A stretch of DNA of 64,000 nt from a candidate division TA06 bacterium B3_TA06. Its GTDB lineage: Bacteria; Hydrothermota; Tepidihabitantia; B3-TA06. Under the pieces are notes generated by a model. The model searched no databases. It had not been told where the DNA came from and was given only the letters and a program-made list of their open reading frames with translations. The first letter of the stretch is position 1; every line of letters begins with the position of its first letter. A program made the translations under genes and the position numbers. The stretch is taken from NCBI GenBank assembly GCA_005223075.1, contig NJBO01000002.1:113221-177220 (forward strand). Direction: 5' to 3'. Positions 1 to 8,205 of the stretch are shown here, in pieces.

Positions 1-328
1 TGCCGTCGTGGATGGCGATTGGGAGGGAGTTGTGGTGGCCGCCGTCGTCGGCGCCTATCATTTCGCCGTTGGATGTTTCCGCAGGGCTTCCGATTGGGAA
101 GGTGAAGTAGCGGACGTAGTAGTTTAGGACATTGGTGTTGTCCTTATATGCGATATGGACGTTTGCGTCGTCAGCTGCGATGACCCAGCCTCCGTAAGAG
201 GCAGTGTATGTTCCGCCGGGGTTGTTGGTGACCCTGAAGTCGCCCTGCCACTGGCCGAACAGCGGCACCGCGGCCAATGCCAGCACCCCAAGGATCAGTA
301 GTGTCTTAGACACTATGCTTTTACACAT
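1..328 (-). CDS. Secreted BNR/beta-propeller-like protein, N-terminal part (gene continues beyond window edge)
   Basis: Not in ORF track because it runs off the edge. Reverse strand reads AAGGAGG-N5-ATG (ATG = complement of 326-328). It then encodes MCKSIVSKTLLILGVLALAAVPLFGQWQGDFRVTNNPGGTYTASYGGW..., a signal peptide followed by an open frame to position 1. Confidence 0.6.
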   Translation of the reverse strand, partial: MCKSIVSKTLLILGVLALAAVPLFGQWQGDFRVTNNPGGTYTASYGGWVIAADDANVHIAYKDNTNVLNYYVRYFTFPIGSPAETSNGEMIGADDGGHHNSLPIAIHDG

Positions 329-500
329 AATACCCTCCTTGGCTTGTTTTTGAATTTTTCCAGGAATCTCGATATACACCTTCCCCTTGTTTTCTCTCTT
401 CCTCTCCCCTGTGCTGAGCAGGTCACTCAAGCTCTCTCCTTAGCGCCCTTCTCCACCTGGACTTCAACCCGCAACCGGTTCCCCGAACCGCTATCTTAGA

Positions 501-528
501 ACTATAGACAAAGAAAGGGTTTTGTCAA
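501..528 (-). promoter_or_regulatory. Sigma70-type promoter (TTGACA-16-TATAGT) for the gene starting at 328; implies a ~165-nt leader
   Basis: Reverse strand has TTGACA (523-528), a 16-nt spacer and TATAGT (501-506). Confidence 0.5.
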
Positions 529-554
529 GAGGTAAAGCAATTATCCGTTTTTTT

Positions 555-663
555 ATCCCAAAAACCCAAAAAATCCCCCAAAAATGACCACCTTTTGACC
601 AGCTTTTGACCACCTTTTGACCAGCTTTTTGGTGACGAGTGCCACTCAAACCTGACGAGTTGG
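555..663. repeat. Phased A-tracts + four tandem 11-bp iterons (GACCAsCTTTT) + 2x GACGAGT; copy 1 of 2
   Basis: Iterons lie at 586-596, 597-607, 608-618 and 619-630. They are preceded by CCCAAAAA x3 with ~10-11 bp phasing. GACGAGT occurs at 634-640 and 654-660. A near-identical element is at 46166-46296 in the same orientation. Confidence 0.85.
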
Positions 664-696
664 CGCCGCGCTTGTTTTTGTTCTCTACGGTTAGTT

Positions 697-1095
697 TCAG
701 ATAACCTCACCGCACATCTCACCTCCACCAACACCAGTTGAGTGCTCCAACCACTCAAGGGCCACATGCTTCTGAGAGAAGAACTGGGCATCCGCATACC
801 TCCCCAGGTACTCCCTAAGTATAATACCCACCATCTTTGCCTCAGGTCGGCTACATACAAGAGCCACCCTCTCTACCCCCGCCCGGCGAAGCTGCCCGAC
901 GAGTTGGGAGCATAGCTCCTCGTCCGGAAAGGACTCGATCTCCGAGAGATCGATGACCACTTTGCGTGAGGCATGACCCTTCAGAAAGTCTTGGCAACGA
1001 TCGCACAACTCGTTGACATTTGAAGCGTTACAATACCCTACGAAACGAACCCAAAGGATCTGCTTTGCCTCATCGAGCCACACACGGTGCTTCAT
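697..1095 (-). CDS. STAS-domain (SpoIIAA/anti-sigma-antagonist-like) protein
   Basis: ORF 697..1179 trimmed to the internal ATG at 1095 (MKHRVWLDEAKQILWVRFVGYCN...). Size and alternating hydrophobic pattern fit a STAS fold. Assigned from memory, not searched. Confidence 0.5.
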   Translation of the reverse strand: MKHRVWLDEAKQILWVRFVGYCNASNVNELCDRCQDFLKGHASRKVVIDLSEIESFPDEELCSQLVGQLRRAGVERVALVCSRPEAKMVGIILREYLGRYADAQFFSQKHVALEWLEHSTGVGGGEMCGEVI

Positions 1096-1423
1096 ATTCG
1101 AACCCCATGAAAGGGCCGCCCGGCGAACTCGCCAAATACAGCCGGCGTCCGATAAATCATAAACACCGGGCGGCAGCAAATCACACTAGAAGAAAAACGA
1201 CCTCTTGCACATGTTCTCTCCGGAATCATGCATGTATTTTGCGTTAAACTAGCCAAAGGTCAATCGGACAGATGACCTACCCTCGCAACTAAGCAAAAAA
1301 CCTTAGTGAACATTGGTGGTCAACTATGCCATGTGGGGGATGAAAGGCACCTCGATGGTTTAGTTGAACTTATCCGCTTGCAACCCGTCAAATTGAGCAG
1401 ACATCATGGATAGCGGCCTAAAA

Positions 1424-2071
1424 CTAGACGATCCCCTTGGTAACAGCATACCGGGTCAGTTCAGCCGTAGAGTGAACACCCAGCTTCTCCATGATGTGAG
1501 CCCGGTGCGTCTGAACCGTCTTAAAGCTGATCTTAAGAATCTCGGAGATCTGTCGGCTGGTATATCCGTCTGCTATAAGCTTGAGAATCTGGCGCTCCCT
1601 TGCCGTAAGCTTGGCAGGGCCATAACGAGAGGAACGAGGAGGTCCCTCCTGGAGCTGGCGACGCAGCTTCTCCGATACAGAGGGTGAAAGGAAGGTAGAT
1701 CCACGGTAAACGCTGCGCAGAGCAGCTACAAGATCGGATACTACCACATCCTTGAGTATATATCCCGATACCCCCACCTTGAAGGAATCCATAATATACT
1801 CCTCATCATCATACATGGAGAGGATAAGTATGCGGGTTTCGGGAAGCTTCTCGCGGATCTTGCGGGCCACCTCCACACCGGAAAGCAGGGGCAATGCCAT
1901 ATCAAGAATCACCACGTCCGGCGCATACTCTATGCAAGCCTGGACGCCCTTCAGTCCATCCTCAGCCTCCCCTACCACCTCTATGTCTTTCTCCTGCTCA
2001 AGAAGGGCACGGATACCCTTGCGAACCACGGTATGATCGTCAATCAAGAGTACTCTAATCTTTTCCGCCAT
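1424..2071 (-). CDS. NarL/LuxR-family response regulator (REC + HTH_LuxR)
   Basis: MAEKIRVLLIDDHTVVRKGI...DVVILDMALP... is a receiver domain. The C-terminal LTARERQILKLIADGYTSRQISEILKISFKTVQTHRAHIMEKLG is a LuxR HTH. The start overlaps the kinase stop (ATGA at 2071). Confidence 0.93.
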   Translation of the reverse strand: MAEKIRVLLIDDHTVVRKGIRALLEQEKDIEVVGEAEDGLKGVQACIEYAPDVVILDMALPLLSGVEVARKIREKLPETRILILSMYDDEEYIMDSFKVGVSGYILKDVVVSDLVAALRSVYRGSTFLSPSVSEKLRRQLQEGPPRSSRYGPAKLTARERQILKLIADGYTSRQISEILKISFKTVQTHRAHIMEKLGVHSTAELTRYAVTKGIV

Positions 2072-5000
2072 TACTCCTCCACAAAGAGTTTATCTGAATT
2101 ACGAGGTATTTCAACCTCTATCAGCACTTGAGTCCCCTTTCCCACAGACGAATTCAACTCTATCCTGCCTCCGATCAGAGCCACGCGCTCATGTATCGAA
2201 CGCAACCCCAATCCGCTGGAGGCAGAGGCAACCTTTTCTACATCGAAGCCCTTACCATCGTCCTCAACCATCACCCGAAGCTTGGGTTCAGTATACTCAA
2301 ACCTGACTGTAATCTCATCAGGCTCTGCGTGCTTTAATGCGTTTGTAACCGCCTCCTGTATGACGCGGTAAAGCATGATCTCGGTATCAGGATCGGCTCG
2401 TGGGAAACCCTCATCCCCCTGAATCACAAAACTAACACCACTGCCTTCGGCTGCGGATCGGGCAAGGGCACGCACCGCAGCGGCAAGCCCAAGGTTCTCA
2501 AGCGCGGGTGGCAGCAGTTCGTAGGAGAGGTCTCTTATGAAGTTCTGTGTCTCCTTGACCAGTCCCTTGGCCTCATCCAAGCGTTCTTTCGCTCTACTCT
2601 CACGCGTCAACTCGGGAGCGGAAAGGACAAGAGAAACCCCTGTCAACTGCTGGGCAATCTCGTCATGCAGCACCCTTGCGATGCGGCGACGCTCATCCTC
2701 CTCAGCCTTAACCAGACGCAGATTGAGTTCTGAGATGCGCCGCTCCCGCTCCTGAAGATTCTCGTAAGACAAGGCAAGTTCCCTAGCCTTGCTTTCAGTA
2801 GCAAGTGCGGATGAAAGGATCTTGGAGGCGGTCCAGAGCAAACGTATATCCTCAACGTTCCACTCGCGTCTGCGCTTTACTTCGTCAAAACCGATGGCAC
2901 CCCAGAAACGACCCTCTACAAAGATAGGCAAAACAAGAATGGCAAGTATTCCCTCGGCCTCGAACACCTCCCGCTCGCTGGCTGGCAGATCATCGGTAAG
3001 CCCATGGATTGCCTCTCCCGTGGAAAGGATTTTAAGCCATCGCTCGAATCCCTGATCATAGTAAACCTTGTCCATGCGGTCGTTATCGAGCTCGGAAGCC
3101 TCCTCAGAAACCCAACGATGGATGTGCTTCATAAATGGGCGGGAGTTCTCCTCCTCGTGGAAGAAAAGATATACCCGGCTGACCTCTGTGACCCTGGCCA
3201 GTCGTTCAAGGAACTCGCCAAGCGAGGAATCCGAAACCCCCTCACTTAAGAACAACGAGGATATCTCAAAAAGAACCTTCTCATACTCCATGCGCAACCG
3301 CAGAGCCCGCTCGGCCTGCTTACGTTCGGTAATGTCGCGAGCCACACCCTGCACGGCAAGGATACGTCCCTCATCGTCACGTATAAAGTTCCAACTCACC
3401 GCGAACCAATGACTACTCTCCTGGCTGTCATAAACTTTGCAGTCAATGTCGTGAATCGGTTTACCTTCACGCAGGGCCTTTGCAAACAGCGCTTGAAGCA
3501 TCATAAAGTCATCCGGCGCAATCGCCTTGAGAAACGCTTTCGGCTCTCTCAGGATATCCTCAGGTTTGTACCCCATTCTTTCGATTGCAGGAGAGCCATA
3601 AAGAGGCTTACCAGAGGGGGAAAGGAGGAATATGATATCAGAGGATGTCTCCACCAGGGTCCGGTAGCGCTGCTCCGATTGGGCACGCGCCTCCTCTGCA
3701 ACGCGCCGCTCCTGCTCCTCGAAGTAGCGGTCAATAACGGTACCTATCAAACGCGCAGCCGTGCGGAAAGCCTCGGTCTCACTATTACTCCATTGCCGCG
3801 CTACTCGGTACTCCTCGGCAACAATGAAGCCGTAGAAACCGTTGCGAAGACGCAAAGGGGCAAGGATCACCGAAAGCGCACCTTGGTCTCGGAATACACT
3901 GGAGTCGGCTTCCGGAAGTGAAGAAACCAAAGCAGCTATAGCCTCATCATCCTTAAGATGCTTGTGGATGTATCCAATCTTGGAATAGGAGTAATCAGTT
4001 CCAAGGAGAGTCTCGGCTCCCTGACCCAGCCACTCATGCGTCACATGCGCCCCAGGTCCCTCCTTTGGTGCTGAAGGATGCACTTCTTCTCCCTGTTTAG
4101 AGACCTCACGGTTGGTAGCAAGATACACCCTGCTTGCGTCTAAAGCATTGCCGAGAATCTCAAGACAGGCTTGGATAAATGTATCCAGGTTTTCAATCCC
4201 AATCGCCCGGTTCATTATCTGAGCGAAGGCGGTCTGGTAGATAAGGCGGAGCCGCAACTCGTCCTCTACCTTCTTAAGGTCGGTAATATCAGTTAATACA
4301 CCCAAGGTGACGTAGAGTTGTCCTTCAGCATCATAGATAGGCGCAGCATTCACAAGCACCTTTCTTGGAGTCCCGTTTTTGTGGATAAGGGTTGTTTCAT
4401 AACGGGAGGCCTCCCCCTTCATGCGTCGCCGGCTCTCAGAACGAATGAATTCAACCTCGTCAGATGGAACAAGCTCAAGCAAACTCCTTCCTATGAGCTC
4501 TTTCTGATCATAACCCACGAGATTTGCTATCTTCGGGTTAACAAAGAGGAACCTCTCTTCTGCATCTACAAGGCCTATACCCTCCTCGGCTGAATTGACA
4601 AGGGTTCTGTAAAGTTCCTCGCTTTCCCGCAGCGCCTCGCTGGCCCGCTTGCGTTCGGTGAACACTCCTATTTCTCCAGCAAGAGCATTTATCAACACCC
4701 TCTCTTCTTTAAGGAAAGGTCCCTCATGGGCTGCCGGTCTCTCTTGCAGGTAACATACATCTACAGACCCCACCTTTTCCCCGGAGACCCTGATGTCGGC
4801 AGATTGTTTCCAAGCCGTTTCGTTGAAGTTGTCTGTTTTAAACTCTTGCCCCTCGAAAGTGATTCTAGCACATGCTATGTCCGGATATTGCCAGGAGGGC
4901 GGAATTAAACGAACAACCCTCTGGAAGACTTCCTCTAGTGATCTGGTCGGTTCCGACATAAGTTTTAAAACCACATAGAGGCAGTTCAGCTCTTTGACTC

Positions 5001-7461
5001 GTTCCCCGAGATCGTACGTCCGTGTCTGCAGTTCCTCCTCTGCCCGCTTGCGCTCGGCGATATCACGGAGGAAAACAAGATCAGCCGCTCGGCCTTGATA
5101 TTGGATAATCCCTGCATTAAGCTCAACGTCTATCTCCTCACCATCACGTGCAACTATTTTGGTTTCGTAGACTGAGGGCACCTGCTGGCCTGCCATACGG
5201 CGGCGGTAACGATCCAGCACACCATCGCGAAACCCCGGAGCCAGAAGGTCTTGGAACCCCATTCCAACAAGATCATCTAAGGCATATCCTCCAAGATTAG
5301 CGGCGGCTCGATTGGCAAACACAATCCTGGCGTCCTGAATAATCACGATCCCGTCAATCGCCTGCTCAACAAAGGAACGGTACTTCTCTTCGGACTCGCT
5401 CAGGCGAGAAAATAGACTGCTGTTTACTGCCGCATCGGCCACCTGGTTGGCGAAAAGACCGAACAATTCAAGATCGTGCTCTCTAAAGCCTTCTTCGCTC
5501 AGGCGAACAAGGGTCATTACCCCCCAAAGCTCTCCGTGAGCTACGAGAGGTGCAACCAAAAGACATCTAGGCGTCTCCTTGACGCCCGGTATACGTATCG
5601 CCCTATCATCGAGGTGAACGTTATTGGCAAGGATCGGCCTGCGTTCAAGCGCCGCTTTGCCGGTAATCCCTTCCCCAAGTGATATGTGATAGGCCAGTCT
5701 CTGCTCACGATCCTGGAGGATAGTGGTTGTCTTAGGTATGAGCATTTCGGTCTGTGGATCGAATCGGTAGATGGTGCAGCCGTCGGCCCCTATAAGCTCG
5801 GTAGCCCGTTCGGCTATCAGGCGGGCCACCTCCTCCTCATCAAGGGTGGCGGAAACCTGGGTGGTAACCTCAAGCAGGGTGCTTAGCTCCTGGCTGTGAC
5901 GTTTAACCTTCTCCTCGGCATGCTTGCGCTCGGTGACGTCGCGGGCAACGCCAAGGATACCAATGGCCTGATCCTGTTTATCCCGCAGAAAAGCAGCCTT
6001 GGCCTCAATACAAATCGTGGAACCATCCTTACGCTTGATCTCAAACTCCAGCGTCCTCGACCGCCCCAGATCCTTTCCCGGTGTCTCCTCCACAGCCAAC
6101 TCCTCCGTAAGAACCTCCGTGACCTCATCCAACGAGTTAGGTATCAGGAACTCTCCCAGTTCCAGAGCCATCGCCTCCTCAACCTCGTAACCCGTGAGGT
6201 TAGTAACCGAAGGACTCAGGTAGGTTAACTGCAGGTTCGTATCCATGGTAAAGATCACATCTGTAGCATTCTCGGCAAGAAGGCGATAACGAGCCTCGCT
6301 CTCCCTCAACGCCTCCTCAGCCAGCTTGCGCTCGGTGACGTCCTCCACCATTCCAAGACCGTAAAGTCCTCCACCGGATGGGTCTCGAACTGTCGTGGCG
6401 GTCAAAAATCCCCAGATTATCTGGCCGTCTTTACGGATATAGCGTTTTTCTGTCTGATACAGATCTTCTCTCTTATCTATCCGCCTCTCTTTAATTAAAT
6501 CAAGCTCTCTCTTGATATCGTCCGGATGTGTAATCTGATCCAACGTCATACCTTGCAATTCTTCGGCGCTATAACCAAGCATCTCCTGAATAGCATGATT
6601 GGTTTGCAAAAGATTTCTATCCATATCCATTAACGCCATACCGATACCGGCACGCTCGAATATGGCACGAAAGCGAGATTCGCTCTCCCGCAACGCCTGC
6701 TCTGCCCGCTTGCGTTCGGTGATGTCCATGGCTATCTCCAGCCGGACCATGCGGCCATCAACCCATCTGATCGCGCGATCCCGTATCTCACACCAGAATC
6801 CATTAATGGTATTCTGAAACTCCCACGCATAAACACCGGTCGGTTCGCCCTCGGCGCCCAGCAGCTTGTCATTCGTACAGAAATCACAAGGTCCGCTCTG
6901 ACCCTGTTGCAGAACCTGCCAACAGGTTTTGCCTTCGATATTGCCGAAATAATTACGCATCTTCTGGTTCGCAAAGAGAATCTCGTAGGTTTCCATGTCC
7001 GCGACATAAACTCCAGAATCCAGACTGTCCAACACGGTAAGGAATCTCTCATGGGACTCCCGCAGCGCCTCGGTGGCCCGCATGCGCTCGGCGCCACTAA
7101 AATCAGTGGTTTTACTCTCCACAAGCACGACCCTACTCACCCCTCCTTGAGCCTCACGTAGGGGACAGAAGGTAGTCAGCACCTCAAGCAGACGACCGTC
7201 AGCGCAACGACGCCTCAGCTTTATACCCCTCAACTCCTCCCCTGAAAATACCTGACGAATCAAGTCCTCATCGTTACTGTCCGGGGTAGCGATGAGTTCA
7301 ACTATCTTACATCCTACGGCATCCTGTCTTTTGTAGCCGTAGAGGCGTTCAGCGGCCTCGTTCCAGTCGACAACCACCCCTTCCGCGTCGCATGAAAACG
7401 AGGCCAGGGGCAAGCGTTCAAAGATAGCCTCAAACAACTCTTCTGGTACTAACTTATTCAC
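2071..7461 (-). CDS. Giant (1796 aa) multi-PAS/GAF sensor histidine kinase, HisKA_3 + HATPase_c
   Basis: About 8 PAS-linker motifs (D[IV]TERK..E.ALRESE..[YF]R) and GAF-like segments. The H-box is RIARVLHDEIAQQLTG and the ATPase motifs are NALKHA...DDGKGF...GLGLRSI. GTG start is preceded by AAGGAG. Confidence 0.93.
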   Translation of the reverse strand: MNKLVPEELFEAIFERLPLASFSCDAEGVVVDWNEAAERLYGYKRQDAVGCKIVELIATPDSNDEDLIRQVFSGEELRGIKLRRRCADGRLLEVLTTFCPLREAQGGVSRVVLVESKTTDFSGAERMRATEALRESHERFLTVLDSLDSGVYVADMETYEILFANQKMRNYFGNIEGKTCWQVLQQGQSGPCDFCTNDKLLGAEGEPTGVYAWEFQNTINGFWCEIRDRAIRWVDGRMVRLEIAMDITERKRAEQALRESESRFRAIFERAGIGMALMDMDRNLLQTNHAIQEMLGYSAEELQGMTLDQITHPDDIKRELDLIKERRIDKREDLYQTEKRYIRKDGQIIWGFLTATTVRDPSGGGLYGLGMVEDVTERKLAEEALRESEARYRLLAENATDVIFTMDTNLQLTYLSPSVTNLTGYEVEEAMALELGEFLIPNSLDEVTEVLTEELAVEETPGKDLGRSRTLEFEIKRKDGSTICIEAKAAFLRDKQDQAIGILGVARDVTERKHAEEKVKRHSQELSTLLEVTTQVSATLDEEEVARLIAERATELIGADGCTIYRFDPQTEMLIPKTTTILQDREQRLAYHISLGEGITGKAALERRPILANNVHLDDRAIRIPGVKETPRCLLVAPLVAHGELWGVMTLVRLSEEGFREHDLELFGLFANQVADAAVNSSLFSRLSESEEKYRSFVEQAIDGIVIIQDARIVFANRAAANLGGYALDDLVGMGFQDLLAPGFRDGVLDRYRRRMAGQQVPSVYETKIVARDGEEIDVELNAGIIQYQGRAADLVFLRDIAERKRAEEELQTRTYDLGERVKELNCLYVVLKLMSEPTRSLEEVFQRVVRLIPPSWQYPDIACARITFEGQEFKTDNFNETAWKQSADIRVSGEKVGSVDVCYLQERPAAHEGPFLKEERVLINALAGEIGVFTERKRASEALRESEELYRTLVNSAEEGIGLVDAEERFLFVNPKIANLVGYDQKELIGRSLLELVPSDEVEFIRSESRRRMKGEASRYETTLIHKNGTPRKVLVNAAPIYDAEGQLYVTLGVLTDITDLKKVEDELRLRLIYQTAFAQIMNRAIGIENLDTFIQACLEILGNALDASRVYLATNREVSKQGEEVHPSAPKEGPGAHVTHEWLGQGAETLLGTDYSYSKIGYIHKHLKDDEAIAALVSSLPEADSSVFRDQGALSVILAPLRLRNGFYGFIVAEEYRVARQWSNSETEAFRTAARLIGTVIDRYFEEQERRVAEEARAQSEQRYRTLVETSSDIIFLLSPSGKPLYGSPAIERMGYKPEDILREPKAFLKAIAPDDFMMLQALFAKALREGKPIHDIDCKVYDSQESSHWFAVSWNFIRDDEGRILAVQGVARDITERKQAERALRLRMEYEKVLFEISSLFLSEGVSDSSLGEFLERLARVTEVSRVYLFFHEEENSRPFMKHIHRWVSEEASELDNDRMDKVYYDQGFERWLKILSTGEAIHGLTDDLPASEREVFEAEGILAILVLPIFVEGRFWGAIGFDEVKRRREWNVEDIRLLWTASKILSSALATESKARELALSYENLQERERRISELNLRLVKAEEDERRRIARVLHDEIAQQLTGVSLVLSAPELTRESRAKERLDEAKGLVKETQNFIRDLSYELLPPALENLGLAAAVRALARSAAEGSGVSFVIQGDEGFPRADPDTEIMLYRVIQEAVTNALKHAEPDEITVRFEYTEPKLRVMVEDDGKGFDVEKVASASSGLGLRSIHERVALIGGRIELNSSVGKGTQVLIEVEIPRNSDKLFVEE

Positions 7462-7522
7462 GTCGGTTCTCTCCTTAACGTTAACATAATAAGTATCCTG
7501 GGCCTTGAGTCAAGGGGAGAAG

Positions 7523-7649
7523 ATGCTCCTTTTTCGCTACGCGAAAAAGTTCGCAGAGAAAAGACTGGCCAGCCAAGCTTGGCATGTGGTTTCTATCGGT
7601 ATCGTTCCGTCGGGGTCCCCGCAAAGTTAGTCTCTAACTTTGTGGGGTG
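7523..7649. repeat. Intergenic palindromic modules X (7523-7556) and Y (7612-7649, inverted)
   Basis: ATGCTCCTTTTTCGCTACGCGAAAAAGTTCGCAG and GGGGTCCCCGCAAAGTTAGTCTCTAACTTTGTGGGGTG. The GCCAAGCTTGGC palindrome lies between them. See findings for the family. Confidence 0.8.
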
Positions 7650-7695
7650 AGGACCGCTTGACTTCAGGGGGGTAATAAGGTAAAATTCAGATAAG

Positions 7696-8205
7696 ATGCA
7701 TGATTCCCGAAAACCCGGTATAGTAGCGAAGCGCTGCTTTATAGCAGCGGGTGCCCACCTTATAGGTCAAGTCGAGTTGGACGAGCTCTCCAGCGTATGG
7801 TACAACGCCGTCCTGCGAGGGGATATCAATTACATCAAGATCGGACGTGAAACAAACATCCAGGATAACTGCGTGCTGCACGTTACCCATGAACTGCCGT
7901 TGATAGTAGGAGATCGCGTTACCATAGGTCACGGTGCTATCGTTCATGGCTGCGTGATAGCCGACGACTGCCTCATCGGCATGGGAGCTATTGTATTGGA
8001 CGGTGCAACGATCGGAAAGGGTTCGGTTATTGCGGCCGGTGCCGTGGTCCGCGAGCGGATGGAAGTTCCACCGCACAGTCTGGTAGTTGGGGTCCCCGGG
8101 GTCATCAAACGCACACTTGATCCGTCTACTATAGAGATGATTCGCGAGGCAGGACGTTCCTACGTAGAGCTTACCAAAGAACGCCTGGCTAACACTCTAA
8201 GATGA
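7696..8205 (+). CDS. Gamma-carbonic-anhydrase-like / left-handed beta-helix (hexapeptide repeat) protein
   Basis: SVWYNAVLRGDINYIKIGRETNIQDNCVLHV...IGHGAIVHGCVI...IGMGAIVLDGATIG matches the YrdA/PaaY-type pattern. Promoter is TTGACT-17-TAAAAT, 9 nt upstream. Confidence 0.85.
   Translation: MHDSRKPGIVAKRCFIAAGAHLIGQVELDELSSVWYNAVLRGDINYIKIGRETNIQDNCVLHVTHELPLIVGDRVTIGHGAIVHGCVIADDCLIGMGAIVLDGATIGKGSVIAAGAVVRERMEVPPHSLVVGVPGVIKRTLDPSTIEMIREAGRSYVELTKERLANTLR

Noticed and set aside
525-860. 111-aa ORF (and its counterpart 46071..46430).
   Set aside because: The shared segment (...SWSKGGQKLVK...) is just the iteron array read in frame. The ORF overlaps the STAS gene and the promoter region.
2128-7161. 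Many 60-170-aa ORFs on both strands inside 2071-7461, and similar ones inside other long genes (for example 33539..34213, 47789..48349, 53048..53584, 9177..9665).
   Set aside because: They are shadow ORFs within, or antisense to, long genes with clear domain signatures.
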